Positions 12,586 to 26,640 of a stretch of DNA of 64,000 nucleotides are shown here, piece by piece. Under the pieces are notes generated by a model that was given only the letters and a program-made list of their open reading frames with translations, did no database searches and was not told the origin of the DNA. Numbering within the stretch: position 1 is the stretch's first letter; every line of letters starts with the position of its first letter. Position numbers and translations under genes: made by a program. Source of the stretch: Utricularia gibba (Eukaryota > Plantae > Magnoliophyta); assembly GCA_002189035.1 (NCBI GenBank), contig NEEC01000012.1, positions 806,001-870,000 of the forward strand, given 5' to 3'.

Positions 12586-15500
12586 TTAGGCGTAGAACTT
12601 CCTTAGATGCGATGCATTCCACGACCTTGGGAGTTCCACGCCATCTAATTGCTCCAAGCGATATGCTCCTTTTCCGATCACCCTTGAAATCCGATAAGGG
12701 CCTTCCCAGTTGCGGTCTAATTTCCTGACGTGTCTTTGTGGTTGGATGCTTCGAAGCACCAAATCTCTCTTGGAGAATTCCCTTGGGGATACCGAGTTGT
12801 TGTAACTCTTCTCCGTTCTTCTCTGATAAGCCCCTAGTCGGCTATAGATGCTTCGTCGCTTCTCTTCCAACAGCTCCAATTCTTGTTTTCGGAGGTCAGT
12901 ATTCTCTTCTTCGTTATAATGCTCTACCCGGTAGCTCTTCAAGGTCAGTTCGATAGGGCATATGGCTTCTGAACCGTAAACCAATAAGAATGAGGACTCT
13001 TCCGTGGTGGTTCGAGGGGTAGTGCGATATGACCACAGTACCTCATCTAAACGATTTGCCCATGACCCCCAAAATCTTCGAGCTTAGTCTTCATACCTAG
13101 TCGGAGCGTTCGATTCGTTACCTCTGTGAGGCCATTGCTTTGCGGGTGATATACCGAGGTGAAGTTGTGCTTGACCGAATACTTATCCAGGAATGCATCC
13201 ATTTTTCCTCCGGCGAATTGGGTTCCGTTATCAGTCACTAGCTCTTGAGGGATTCCGAACCGGATGAAGATGTTTTTCCAGAGAAATCGGATAACGGTCT
13301 CCTCCGAGATCTTTGCCACGGCTTCAGCCTCTACCCACTTGGAAAAATACTCGACACCAACGATGACGAATTTCCTTTGACCCGAGGTGTGGGGGAAAGG
13401 CCCCATTATATCCACCCCCCATCGATCGAAGGGGCAGGAGAGTGGGAGAGAGGTGAGTTTGCTTACTGGTTTTCTTGGTATATTTGCATGGTATTGGCAC
13501 ACTTTGCACTTCTTCACCATATCGTTAATATCCTGCTTCATAGTTGGCCAGTAGTACCCGGTTCTTAGAACTTTCCGACATAAGGATCGTATTCCAATAT
13601 GGCTGCCACATTCACCCTCATGTAGATCGATTATGAGTTTTTGAGAATGCTTTGCCCCGATGCACCTCAATAAGGGTCCATCTAGGGATTTGCGATAGAG
13701 AATTCCATTCACTAATGTATACATCTTCACTCTAGTCTCTAACTGTCGGGCTTTCGGCTTATCAGATGGGGTTTTCCCATTTTGTAAATACCGGATGTAG
13801 GGCGTCGTCCAGTAATCAAGAGGACTCAGCTGTGAACAGATATCGCTTCCCGGTTGCTGGGTAATATGATTCACGGCTCGTAAGCTCACCAAGGGTTGGT
13901 TCCGCAGCCGAATAGTCACACTTCCTTCCCTTAACTCGTGAAACCCTGCTGCGAATCGGGCGAGGCTGTCCCGGACCCGTATTTATCACGAGCTACGTGC
14001 GACAGGGTGAATTCCTTGAAGATTTTAGCCAATTCCCTCACCTGAACACGGTACAGAGCCATGAGGGAGTCATGGGTTTCGTATTCTCCCGAAAACTGCC
14101 CTTGCACAAGTCGCGAATCGGTGTAAACATCGAGTTCTGCCACTCCCAGCTCCTTGGCAATTTTCATTCCCTCAATTAGGGCTTCATATTCGGCCACATT
14201 GTTGGAGGCAGGGAATAAGAATTTCACCGTAATATAAATATGCTCTCCTTCTCGAGTCCTAATGTCTATTCCTCCTCCGGCGCCATTGTATGTTGAGCCA
14301 TCCACGTACATGGCCCATCGATCATTGGCTTCCAAGAAACGGTCTATAGGCCTGGTCATTTCGACCACAAAATCAGCAAGAGGTTGGGCCATGATTGCTG
14401 TTCTTGACTTAAACTCAATATCCATTGTACTTAATTCAACTGCCCATTTGGCAACCCTTCCGGAAATCTATGGACGAGACAGGATGTTCTTTAGAGGCTG
14501 ATTGGTGAATACCACAATGTGCCGATCTTGGAAATATGGCCTCAATTTGGTGGCCGCCATCTTCAGAGCCAAGATGAAATTTTCTGTCACCGTATAGCGG
14601 GTTTCGGACGGTAGCAAAACTTTGCTCACATAATACACTGGCAAGTGATTATCTACCGAGATGGTTGTCAAGACTACGCTGACTGCAACGGGCGATATAG
14701 ACATATATAGTCGTAAGGGCTCCCCTGCCTTCGGAGCCACAAGAAGCAGGGGTGATGAGAGATATTCCTTGAGTTTCTCAAAAGCAATCCGGCAATCCTC
14801 GTTCCATTCTAAAACGCTTCCCTTTCGCAAGACCTTGAAGAAGGATGCCGACTTATCGGCTGATCGAGATATGAAACGGCTGAGGGCAGCCAATTTACCC
14901 GTGAGGCTCTCGTACTCCTTGATTGTCCTCAGGGGTTGCATTTCGCATATTGCCTTAATCTTCTCGGGGTCAGCCTCGATTCCTTTCTCCGATACGTAAT
15001 ACCCAAGGAATTTTCCACTTTGCACTCCGAAGCAACATTTCAATGAGTTGAGCTTTAACCCGTATGACCGACATAAAGAGAAACACGAATCCAAATACGC
15101 TAAATGGTCTTCTTCATTCATAGATTTCACGATCATATCGTCCACATACACCTCCATTGGGGTACCGATTTTAGAAGAGAATATTTTATTTACCAACCTC
15201 TGGTAAGTCGCCCCAGCATTCTTCAATGTGAAAGGCATTGCCACGTAGCAGTAAACCCCATCCTTAGTGTAGAAGGTGGTTTTCAGTTGGTCTTTCTCTG
15301 CAACGAAAATTTGATGATACCCCGAATAGGCATCCATGGTGCTCAGAAATCGGGATCCGGCAATGACGTCCACTAGCTTGTCGATCTTTGGCAAAGGATA
15401 AGGGTCCCTTTTGCAGCAGGCGTTGAGGTCGGTGAAGTCAATGCACACCCTCCATTTTCCCCCGGGCTTCGGGATCACGAGTGGGTTGGCTACCCATTCG

Positions 15501-18028
15501 GAGTACTAGATCTCCTTCACATAACCAGCTTCCAAAAGCTCTCTTCTTTTTTCTTTGATGATTCGGCACTTTTCCTTTGAGAAATGTCGTTGCTTCTGCC
15601 GAACCGGTTTTGCCCCTGGGTAGGTATCAATGTGATGTTCGGCGACGGATCGATCAATGCCTACAAAATCCGCAGCAGTCCAAGCAAAAATATCGGTGTT
15701 CTTCATCAAAAGTTCAACTAACCTTTTTTCGAATCCAGCGTCTAGATTGGCACCGATGCGGGTGGCTTTCTGCGCATCTTCTGGTATTAGTTGCACCAAC
15801 TTGTACCCTACTGGTTTCATTGCTTGTCTAGGGGGTTCCCGGGGTTCCTTTTCTACCATCATCACTCTCGACTTTTTCGCACAGGGGTCCCGACAAGAAG
15901 ATACATAGCAGGACCGGGCGGTTGGTTGGTCGATACCCATCGTGCAAATGCCCTTTGATGTTGGGAATTTGATTTTCAAGTGCACAGTGGAGGGTAGCAT
16001 ACCGAATTGGTTGATGCCGGGTCGCCCGAGGATGATGGTGTACGAGATCTCTAACTCCAGGATTAAGAATTCCAACCTCTCGGTTCGGCTCCGCCCTGCC
16101 GCTCCGAATGTTACGGGCAGGATTATTTTCCCGATAGTTTGCATGGCCCACTGGTCGAATGCGTACAACTCCATGCGCACATGGCGAATATTTCCCTCGT
16201 TAGATGACGCCAGTAACTCGGCCACTTCCTTCTTCATGATGTTGCACGAGGATCCTTGATCGATAAGAATCCTCCTTACCTTGGTGCTCCCACATATTCC
16301 TGACACCACCAAAGGCTCATCTCTCATGGCTGGGCCAGCCGGGACGTCTTTGTCGGAGAAGTTGATCTCTTCTTTTTCCCAAGTAGCTTTCTCAGTCGGA
16401 CCATTTCCGATTTCGAAAACTTCTCCTCTTCTAGCTTCATCCAAATATCTCTTCCGTTCCTTTCCAGACACATCCATCTCGGTTCCTCCGGATATCATAT
16501 GGATTTCCCGAATATAGGGGGGGACTACCATGCATTTGATGGGCACTCCGTGAACTTTCCGGTATGTCTTGTCCTCCTCCAAGATTCGGTTCCCTGTTGG
16601 CTCGCAAGTTCGCCATCCGCGGTTTCGGAGGGAATTTCGGATATCGGTTCCCTTCGTTCCCCGTTCGCTCGTTATGTCCTCTTTTCCGGTCCGTCATTGA
16701 TGCGGGGTTCCGCATCGCATTGTTCATCCCCGACCAGCATGATATTGCTCGATCATCCTCTTCATCAGTCGGCAGTGGGCAATATCATGCCCGGTGGTCT
16801 TGTGTATTTCGCAGTAGGCATCTGTTCTGGTTGGTTCCACCTTATATACTTCACGGTGCTTATTCGGCCTGGGTCCCCGGTTAAGTTGGGTCTCCTGCTG
16901 TGGGACTGGACGAATCTCCACGCGGCTTTTCATCTCGGCCCTGAGGTCGTCGTCCACTTGGATGTACTTCATGATTTTCCTTAGCAATTCTCCGAGATTC
17001 TTTGGTGGGGACTTCGATAGACTCTGTCCCAATTTCGACGTTCCTAAGGCCCGCTTCATTATTTCCACCCTTTCTTTTAAATCCAATTGGACATCCTGCG
17101 CCAAGCAGTTGAATCGATCGATGAATCTTCACAAGCTCTCTTTTCGGTGATCGTACCAAATAGAGTATAGTGATGCTTTCGAAGGTGGAGCTTCAATGTT
17201 AACAGCGTATCAGGTAGTGAAGAGCAGTACTAATTGCCGATAAGATGCCACGCTGCATGGTTCTAACTGTTTAAACCAAGTTTTCGCTCCTTTCTAGAGC
17301 GAGCAAGCAAACAGCTTACACTTCATGGCCTCTGAATGTCGAACCGTGGACATCCTCATATCGAAGTCGGTTACATGCGATATGGGGTCCCCTTTTCCGT
17401 CATACGTGGGTAATCCGTCTGGGACTCTGAATCCTCTCTCGGGCTCTTCCCCGACTAAATCGTCTGAGAAAGGGTCAAAACGCAGCATTCTGGTTCCAGC
17501 TGCTCCCTCAACTCCACTCTTCAAGGCCAAAGCAATATCGGCCAAAACATCTCTTCTCCCAATGGATACGTTCTGATCGAAAACGTCCCTGAAGCCTCTA
17601 TCCTCTCTTCTCCCTACCAACATCCGCTTGTTGATAAATCTTTTACTCTCGCGGATCTGATCTAACTCTCTCTTCAACTCTTCTTCTCTTTCTTTCAAGA
17701 TTTTGCTAGTCATGTTTTCCCTATCAGCTCCTAGCTCATACACGACTTGGTTGCGCCTCTTTCTCCGCAGCATCTCCTCTTTGGTTTCGGATTCAGTCTC
17801 CGTATCCGGGGGGTACTTCGGAATAAGAGGTTGCTTCGCCGTTCGTGGTGCGATTTTGGGTGTTCTCTCTTGGGCGTTGGAGTTGAGGCCTGAAGGTGCC
17901 CAGAGGTCGGTAAGGATTTCCGTTAGCAGAGCCTTCAGTTGCTCCCTGCTAGTGATCATAAGGCCGGGGTCTCGTGCGTCGGCACTTCCGTCATGAGCCG
18001 GGTCGGTGGCTGTGCTATTTTCTGCCAT
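12586..18028 (-). pseudogene. gag-pol of Retand element 1 (gag, aspartic protease, RT, RNase H, additional RNase H, integrase), with stops and frameshifts
   Basis: ILIDQGSS (protease); KWRVCIDFTDLN, MDAYSGYHQI and YVDDM (RT); YVDGS...NNVAEYEALI (aRH); H..ECGSH...CKVC zinc finger and WGVDIMGP...TDNGTQF...PQSNGLTE (integrase); GPY/F motif KLDRNWEGPY. Confidence 0.95.
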
Positions 18029-18083
18029 GACTCGTGATTAGCGAGTGGCTCCTGTGGGTTTCTCAAATGGGACTATGGAACGT

Positions 18084-18102
18084 AGCCCCACGGTGGGCGC
18101 CA
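18084..18102 (-). promoter_or_regulatory. Primer binding site complementary to the tRNA-Lys(CUU) 3' end
   Basis: Minus strand reads TGGCGCCCACCGTGGGGCT, 4 nt inside the 5' LTR end. Confidence 0.85.
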
Positions 18103-18106
18103 AATA

Positions 18107-18635
18107 TGTTATGGGTGAAATCGGTATCTGGTGAGAGGCCGATTTTAGGTGATTGGCGTGGTCGGGAATGCCACACTTAGTCACCTTCTTCACGGTTGGT
18201 ACGATTAAAATAAAAGTGAGCAAGGATTTTTTACGTGGAAATCGCCGGAGAGCAGAAAAACCACGGAGCTGGCAGAGCTCGCCGGAAAAGAGTTTCACTA
18301 GATGGAAGTTGCGAAAAGGAGAATACAACTTGAAGAAATCTTTTTGAGTCCAACCCCCCTTTCAACATAATTCCTCCTATTTATAGGAAAGGTCACTCTG
18401 ACCGAATTCTGGTGTCTGCAAATATCGGTTGCTTTCTGCTCCTACTATACGATCTCGCTTTTCAGATATCGGCCGCCTGTCATGCCGTAATTCGGCTGCT
18501 TTTCAGACTGTGTCATATGCCCATACTTGTCAGATTTCTCACAGATGTCGATCTGTCGTCTGGCGTTATCTCCTTGGGATCTCTTTTGGCAGCCTTTTAG
18601 GAACCGATTATATCCGACCGGTTTATCCCTTATCA
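18107..18635 (-). repeat. 5' LTR of Retand element 1 (529 bp)
   Basis: TG...CA termini, adjacent PBS, TSD AATAG. Confidence 0.95.
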
Positions 18636-19507
18636 AATAGTTTTAAAAATAATTTAATATAAATTAAATATTAAAAATCTACCTTGATCCATTCATAATT
18701 TTTGAAGCCACGAATTAACATGCGTGAATCTATAAATCTCTCATTCACCATATCCTAAATATTAACACTCTCAAACCTAATCCAAGTTGCAATCTTTAAA
18801 AAATATTGATGTGGTTGAAAAGGGTGATATCTTGAAGATTTTTGTAAGTGAAAATGAGAATAATCAATAAAATAAGTATGTTTTAATTTTTAAAAAATAT
18901 TGTTTAATTTGTAACATATTATGTTGTCAAATAAGAAATCGATTTAATATATAAATAAATATTTGATTTTTAATCACTCGAAAAACTAGAAATAAAAAAT
19001 TGGAAATAAATTTAAAACAAATGACATTACTACAAAAAAAATTTAAAATGATTCATTTTGTATTTCTGTGTTATTTTTTAAAATAATAGTTTTATATTCT
19101 AAAAAATGAATGATAATTGGTTATTTAGAATTATTAATTGTTTATTTTAATAATGAAAATGGGAATGGATTGAACTCTAATCTAAGCAACTGGCAATTTG
19201 AGTCCGCCGCCCCAGCCGCAAGAGATGTCCCCGTTTTTGTTTTCTTTTTTTACTGCTGGTAAAATCTTTCCGCTGCTCAGATAAGGTGTTCGTTGGGGGT
19301 GAGGTTTGATATATGCAGGTGTCTCCTCCAAAGGCCGGTCACTAAGGGCGTTGTGCGCTGCTGATACATTGAGGGTAAGTCATGCCCAGCTACGCGTGAT
19401 CGGTTTTGTTTTCTAATTCTGCTGGGTGCTGATTCGATCGCTTGTTTTTTTGTAATACCCTGCTCCTTCATGCTGTTGCAGCATCTTTTTCTTCAACTCG
19501 AATCGAT

Positions 19508-21859
<2,352 letters not shown>

Positions 21860-22273
21860 CAGGATGGTGTTCTTGTTGAGAGATACTCTCGTTGCCGCAG
21901 TGGAGAAGCCACGATTGTTTTTCTTTCCCTTCGTGACGACCAAGATGCAAAAGCAACACTAAAATTGTGGCTGTCGTGCGTTAGCTTCATTGATGGAAAT
22001 TGTCTGACATTACATGCATTTGTTGATATTATGTATATCAAAAAACGGGAATCATATAAAAAATATTAGATTATATCATTTATTAATAATTTATAATATA
22101 TTATATATTTTGATTATTTTAATTTGATAGCAATACGCTTGGTGTTGTTTCCAAAGATAAAAACTAATCACTTGGCTCATCATGTAAAGATTGACCCACA
22201 CCATGCTACTTTCCATTCATCACTTACACAACACAACCTCCGAGGAATATCGGCAAATGTAACCGGCCACGCT

Positions 22274-23410
22274 TCAGGCCTCCTCGTCATCGGTGACGAA
22301 TTTGCCGCTGCCGGGATTGATGGCGGCTATGAAGAAGAAGGCGATGTTGAACAAGAGGAGGGGTTCGAGTTCGTTGATTGGAACACCCGTCTCAATGTTC
22401 AATTGCGCCAGCGCTCCTTTTCCGGTGATGATCTCTCCGATGATGGAGAATGCGATTCCCAGTTGGGCTAGTCTTCCCACAAACAATTCGTTCGCTTTCG
22501 TGAATCCAAACAGGGGACCTGGTAAGACAAAACAGAAGGAAGTGATTACATGCGTCTCCCATCAAAAAAAGGCCGGCAAACTCGATATCAGAGTGTGAGC
22601 GCGATGATTACCTCCGCCTCCAAGCCCGAGGGCCGTCCTGAATCCCTTCCCAGGGGCAATGACGGCCTTATCCAACCCGGTGGGCTCGTCAACGAAACGT
22701 CCACGGTCACCCAGTGCTCCGATGGCTCCCAGGAGGTTGAACAGGATGAAGAAGAGAAGAAGTGGCTCAGCTTCGTAGATGGGAATTCCGGTTTCCAGGT
22801 TCAGCTGGGAAAGGATTCCTTTCCCAGTCACAGCTTCTCCTAGGAGAGATGCCTGTTCAATATAACCTCTCATTAGCAATTACGAACTACACTCGTGCAA
22901 TCCATTCACAATACAGGGTGCAGCCTGGCCAACATTGGGTTCAGTGTTCCAAGCAAACCCGAGATTGCTAGCAGCAAGCAGCAATTTCACAAACAAACAT
23001 GAAAATGTAGAGGAGATAAAGAGGCATCTCACCGCAAACCCGATCATGGCTACACGGCCCACGAAGAGCTCATTCTGCTTGGTGAAGCCGATTCCTCCCG
23101 AGGTTCCGAAGAGACCGTCCTCCACCTTAGATTTCTCCTTATCCACCTGCTGAAAAAATCACCATCAGATTACACTCTTCATCAGTGAAATAAAGCTCAA
23201 AATGAGTTTGGAGATCCATCTATGTACCTTGGCCGGAGCAGCCTTTGTCTTAGACTTGAAAACGGCTACAACAAAGCCGGATCCCATCCGAGAGGGAGGA
23301 AGAACACGGCCTCCTGGAAGGATTATGGTTGAGAAGGTCTTGGGTCTGAGGCTGGGGAGCGAAGTGTGAGGCGCGCATGTGTTCGCGGAGAGCAGCATTG
23401 TCTGCGCCAT
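22274..23410 (-). CDS. PSBS: Photosystem II 22 kDa protein PsbS (NPQ4 orthologue), 4 exons, 260 aa
   Basis: Exons 23410-23228, 23146-23033, 22852-22612 and 22518-22274 total 783 nt. Motifs FTKQNELFVGRVAMIGFA, GIPIYEAEP, FTKANELFVGRLAQLG and GVPINELEP; both lumenal pH-sensing Glu motifs are present. Confidence 0.98.
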
Positions 23411-26030
23411 GGCCACCAGCAAAGATGGTGTGGTGTGGAGTGGTGTGCTTCGGTTGCTTGTTAGCAGAGGAGGCTGTGAGTGTCTGTGTGGTGTGTGGAA
23501 TGCAGCAGCAGGATGAAATATATATATGGAAAAGAATTGGTGGCCTGAGATCTTGGAGGAGCAAATTTGTGATGTCCGTTGAGTGAATCAGGATAGCACG
23601 GTGGTGGGAGAGAAATGGCCACGATGCTGCCGCTGCTTCCCTCCATTTTTCGCGCACGCCACGCCGGGAGGTGGGCTGAATACCTTCTTGGGCCGCTGAC
23701 CCCAGCAAGCCCACTTCTTCATTGATGAATGCCGAGTCTTTAGAACTCCTCCCTCTGACTAAACAACTACAAAGAAAGTGCTTCGAAAGGCGTCCACTAC
23801 CCACCAAAAGCAGATTTCTGGCCCTCTCATCAACATATCTATTAACCACAAGTTTACACCAAATTTGAATATGTGCTTCAGATTATGTGCGATAGAATTA
23901 ATTTTAAAATTATGTGACTAAAATCAGTTTGAGAATATAAGAGTGTTTGATGGAATAACATCAAATTATATTATAAAATTTAATAAAATAAAATATATAT
24001 TGTAAAGTTTAATATATCAAATTATTATTAAGATATTAATATATTTTTAAAATACATAAAAAGTGAATATTGTAATTTCTTTAATTAGTTTCTTATTTAA
24101 TCTTTGAAGTATATATTCAAGAAATTCAATAATTTCTAAAGTTAATCACAAAATTTAAATTTCTTATTTTACTACACAATGATTAAAGATTAGAATCTTC
24201 AAACAAAGAATAGGCCCTAGTAATGGAATGAAATGAGTTGTAAAGCTAATACTATAGGAACTCAAGGAGATTCCATTATTTTTTTGTCTGGTACGAGGAC
24301 ATGTTAGGTTCATAAGAATCACGGCAACTTTTTTTTTTCATTTAAGTCATAAAGTAAATATATTGTATTGTTAATTCAATAAATGATATTGAAATCTTTT
24401 TATTATTATTGTTATCTTGTTCAATTATTTTTTTTAATAAAATAATCACAACATTAAATGATTTGAGGTTTTGGAAAGCAATAAATGAGACAAATTAGAT
24501 GGAAAAATATCTACGATTAGCTCTAACATTTGTTTATCTGTTCATGTTCCATTTGTTGCTATTAAGATGGGTTTTTGAATTTCAGAGTTTTCTTTTTCTT
24601 CAGTGTTTGATGTGTTTTTTTTTTTTTTTTTTTTCAATTTGACGTGTCTTGTTGAACTATATTTGTATCTTTTTTTTCAAGCAATGTTGATTGCATGCTC
24701 AATTATACATTTGATTTGTAAGATTGATCTGTAAATGAGTTGAAAAAAATTATTTTGATATACTCTTGCAAACATATTTCCTCATCCTAATCCTTAAACT
24801 CACATGGAAAATATATTTTATATAACAATGTAGTTATTGTTGAAGTTTATGATAATGATTCTTTTAATGTACTAACATAGTGAAAAAACAATCCTATAAA
24901 TTTAAATTGTATATTTTTGAAATGCTTATGAAAATTTAAATTGTGTATGATGCTTGAAATTGATGCTCATATTTATGTTATTGCATTTAGATAAATTTAC
25001 ATTTAGAATGAAAGCTTTGCTAGTTAGTTTTTTTTACAATTTTTCAATGGTTCAAGAAATGGGACTTTTTTTTTCTTTTCAAAAAATTTGTTACCCTTTC
25101 TAATGGATTTCATGAGATCTTAATAAATAGTAATTTTTGCATAGTTGCTAAATGACCAGATTCCATACATAATAAATTTATAAACCCAGCTTCCAATCAA
25201 AAACAAATCAAATGTGAGAGTACAGTGAAATTAGAGTTAATCATGAAGAACATAGTGCTTGTTACCTGAAAATTAATGCATTCTGTTTCCTTATGTTAAG
25301 ATATTAAATCTAATCTAACACTAATATATAACAAATAGCGATAGAAAGTAAAAGAAAAGAACAAAGAAAATCAGATTATGACTTAGAGGAAATAAACGCA
25401 ACGCCTTAAGATTATAGGGCTGATATCTTCATCATCACTTTCATCCTAATAATTAAGAACCTGATTGTTCTACAAAAATGTAACTAAGTCTTTTATTTCT
25501 CCTAACTTTTGATTTACTTCGAGCTAGATTTTTTAGGATTAACATATCGTTCTTTTCACATCTTGAATTTATCTTGGTTTAATAAGAAAAAATAAAAGAA
25601 ATTGGTTGTCAGTAACTAGAAAATAATGAGCAACCAACCCCTTTCTACCCTAAGATGCCACTTTTGTTTAACTACTCATATTAAACTTAAATGGGATAAA
25701 TGCGTAAAGCAGCACCACAGGCATATTCATAGTGCCAATTTATCATACAAAAAATAAACATTAACGTTAAACTAAACAAGTTCCAAATAAAAATTTAAAC
25801 AATATGTTTAAAATGGTTTCGATCTACTCTTAGTTCAGATTGAGTTCTTCCAACAATCTGAAAATGTATCCACTTCTTCTATGTTTTGTTCTTCATTTTT
25901 TACTTGCTCTCTTCTCTAAGTCCCGTTTGAAGTTGTTTGTGTCCCTATCTTCTTCTCTCTTCTTCGTCTTTTTCTTACCTTCTTGGCATTCGTGTGTATA
26001 TCATTCCCTCCTTTTTCCAGCTTTATCTCT

Positions 26031-26088
26031 TGAGGGCATCCGCATTGGTTACAGTAATGTTAATAGGTGACCAATGCGGATGCCCTCA
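26031..26088. repeat. Perfect 19-bp inverted repeat with 20-nt loop (micro Tourist/Harbinger-like element)
   Basis: TGAGGGCATCCGCATTGGT ... ACCAATGCGGATGCCCTCA. The same TIR recurs at 30792-30804. Confidence 0.85.
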
Positions 26089-26089
26089 G

Positions 26090-26640
26090 GAGTTGGTGAT
26101 ATACATCTTTTCCCATTTTTAGTTTGCAAAATACATCCTTTTGTGTAATGTTGGGAAAATACATCATTTTTTATTTTTTATCTGCAAAATACATCTTATA
26201 TACTATTTTTGTTTATAAAATGTAATTGTTTATGAGATTTTTGAATCAATTCTTGAAACAATGTGTAAAAAAAGATATGAAATTTCTGCTCTTTTCCACA
26301 TTGATGATCATTTATCTAGACGCAGTTTTTATTCTTGTTGTGATTCATTGCTTTAACTTGTCTAGGAAGCATAAACTCCACGTCCCATTTGACTCTTGTA
26401 GAAGAGTACTTGAACATTTGATGAATCATGATTCTTTTGAGTTGTGCTAGAAATTTTTATCAGGAGATTTAGAAATGTAAATATGCTCCAAATTTATACT
26501 TTTTCACATCTTTTGTAAAGCTGAGTAAATTCAACTTGCACAATCAGTTTTCAATATACAATGATGTATTTTCCTAACTGAATCCCAAAAGATATATTTT
26601 ACAAATCAAAAATAGGAAAAGATATATTTCACCAATTTTT
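26090..26640. mobile_element. MULE-like MITE with ~80-bp imperfect terminal inverted repeats
   Basis: The left end TTGGTGATATACATCTTTTCCCATTTTTAGTTTGCAAAATACATC... matches the reverse complement of 26555-26636. No TSD recognised. Confidence 0.6.

Larger units (their letters stand above)
8461..18635 (-). mobile_element. Full-length Ty3/gypsy Tat-clade (Retand-type) LTR retrotransposon, 10175 bp
   Basis: LTRs 8461-8984 and 18107-18635 (TG...CA). Perfect TSD AATAG (8456-8460, 18636-18640). PBS at 18084-18102 and PPT-like AAAGGGGCTGAA next to the 3' LTR. Domain order gag-PR-RT-RH-aRH-INT. Confidence 0.95.

Noticed and set aside
13245-17996. Plus-strand ORFs overlapping gag-pol
   Set aside because: They are shadow ORFs of the minus-strand coding sequence with no recognisable motifs or splice logic, unlike the 9487-11724 gene.
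23250-23849. 199-aa minus-strand ORF upstream of and overlapping PsbS
   Set aside because: It runs through the promoter, TATA and 5'UTR in a different frame with no homology. It is a GC-rich chance ORF.
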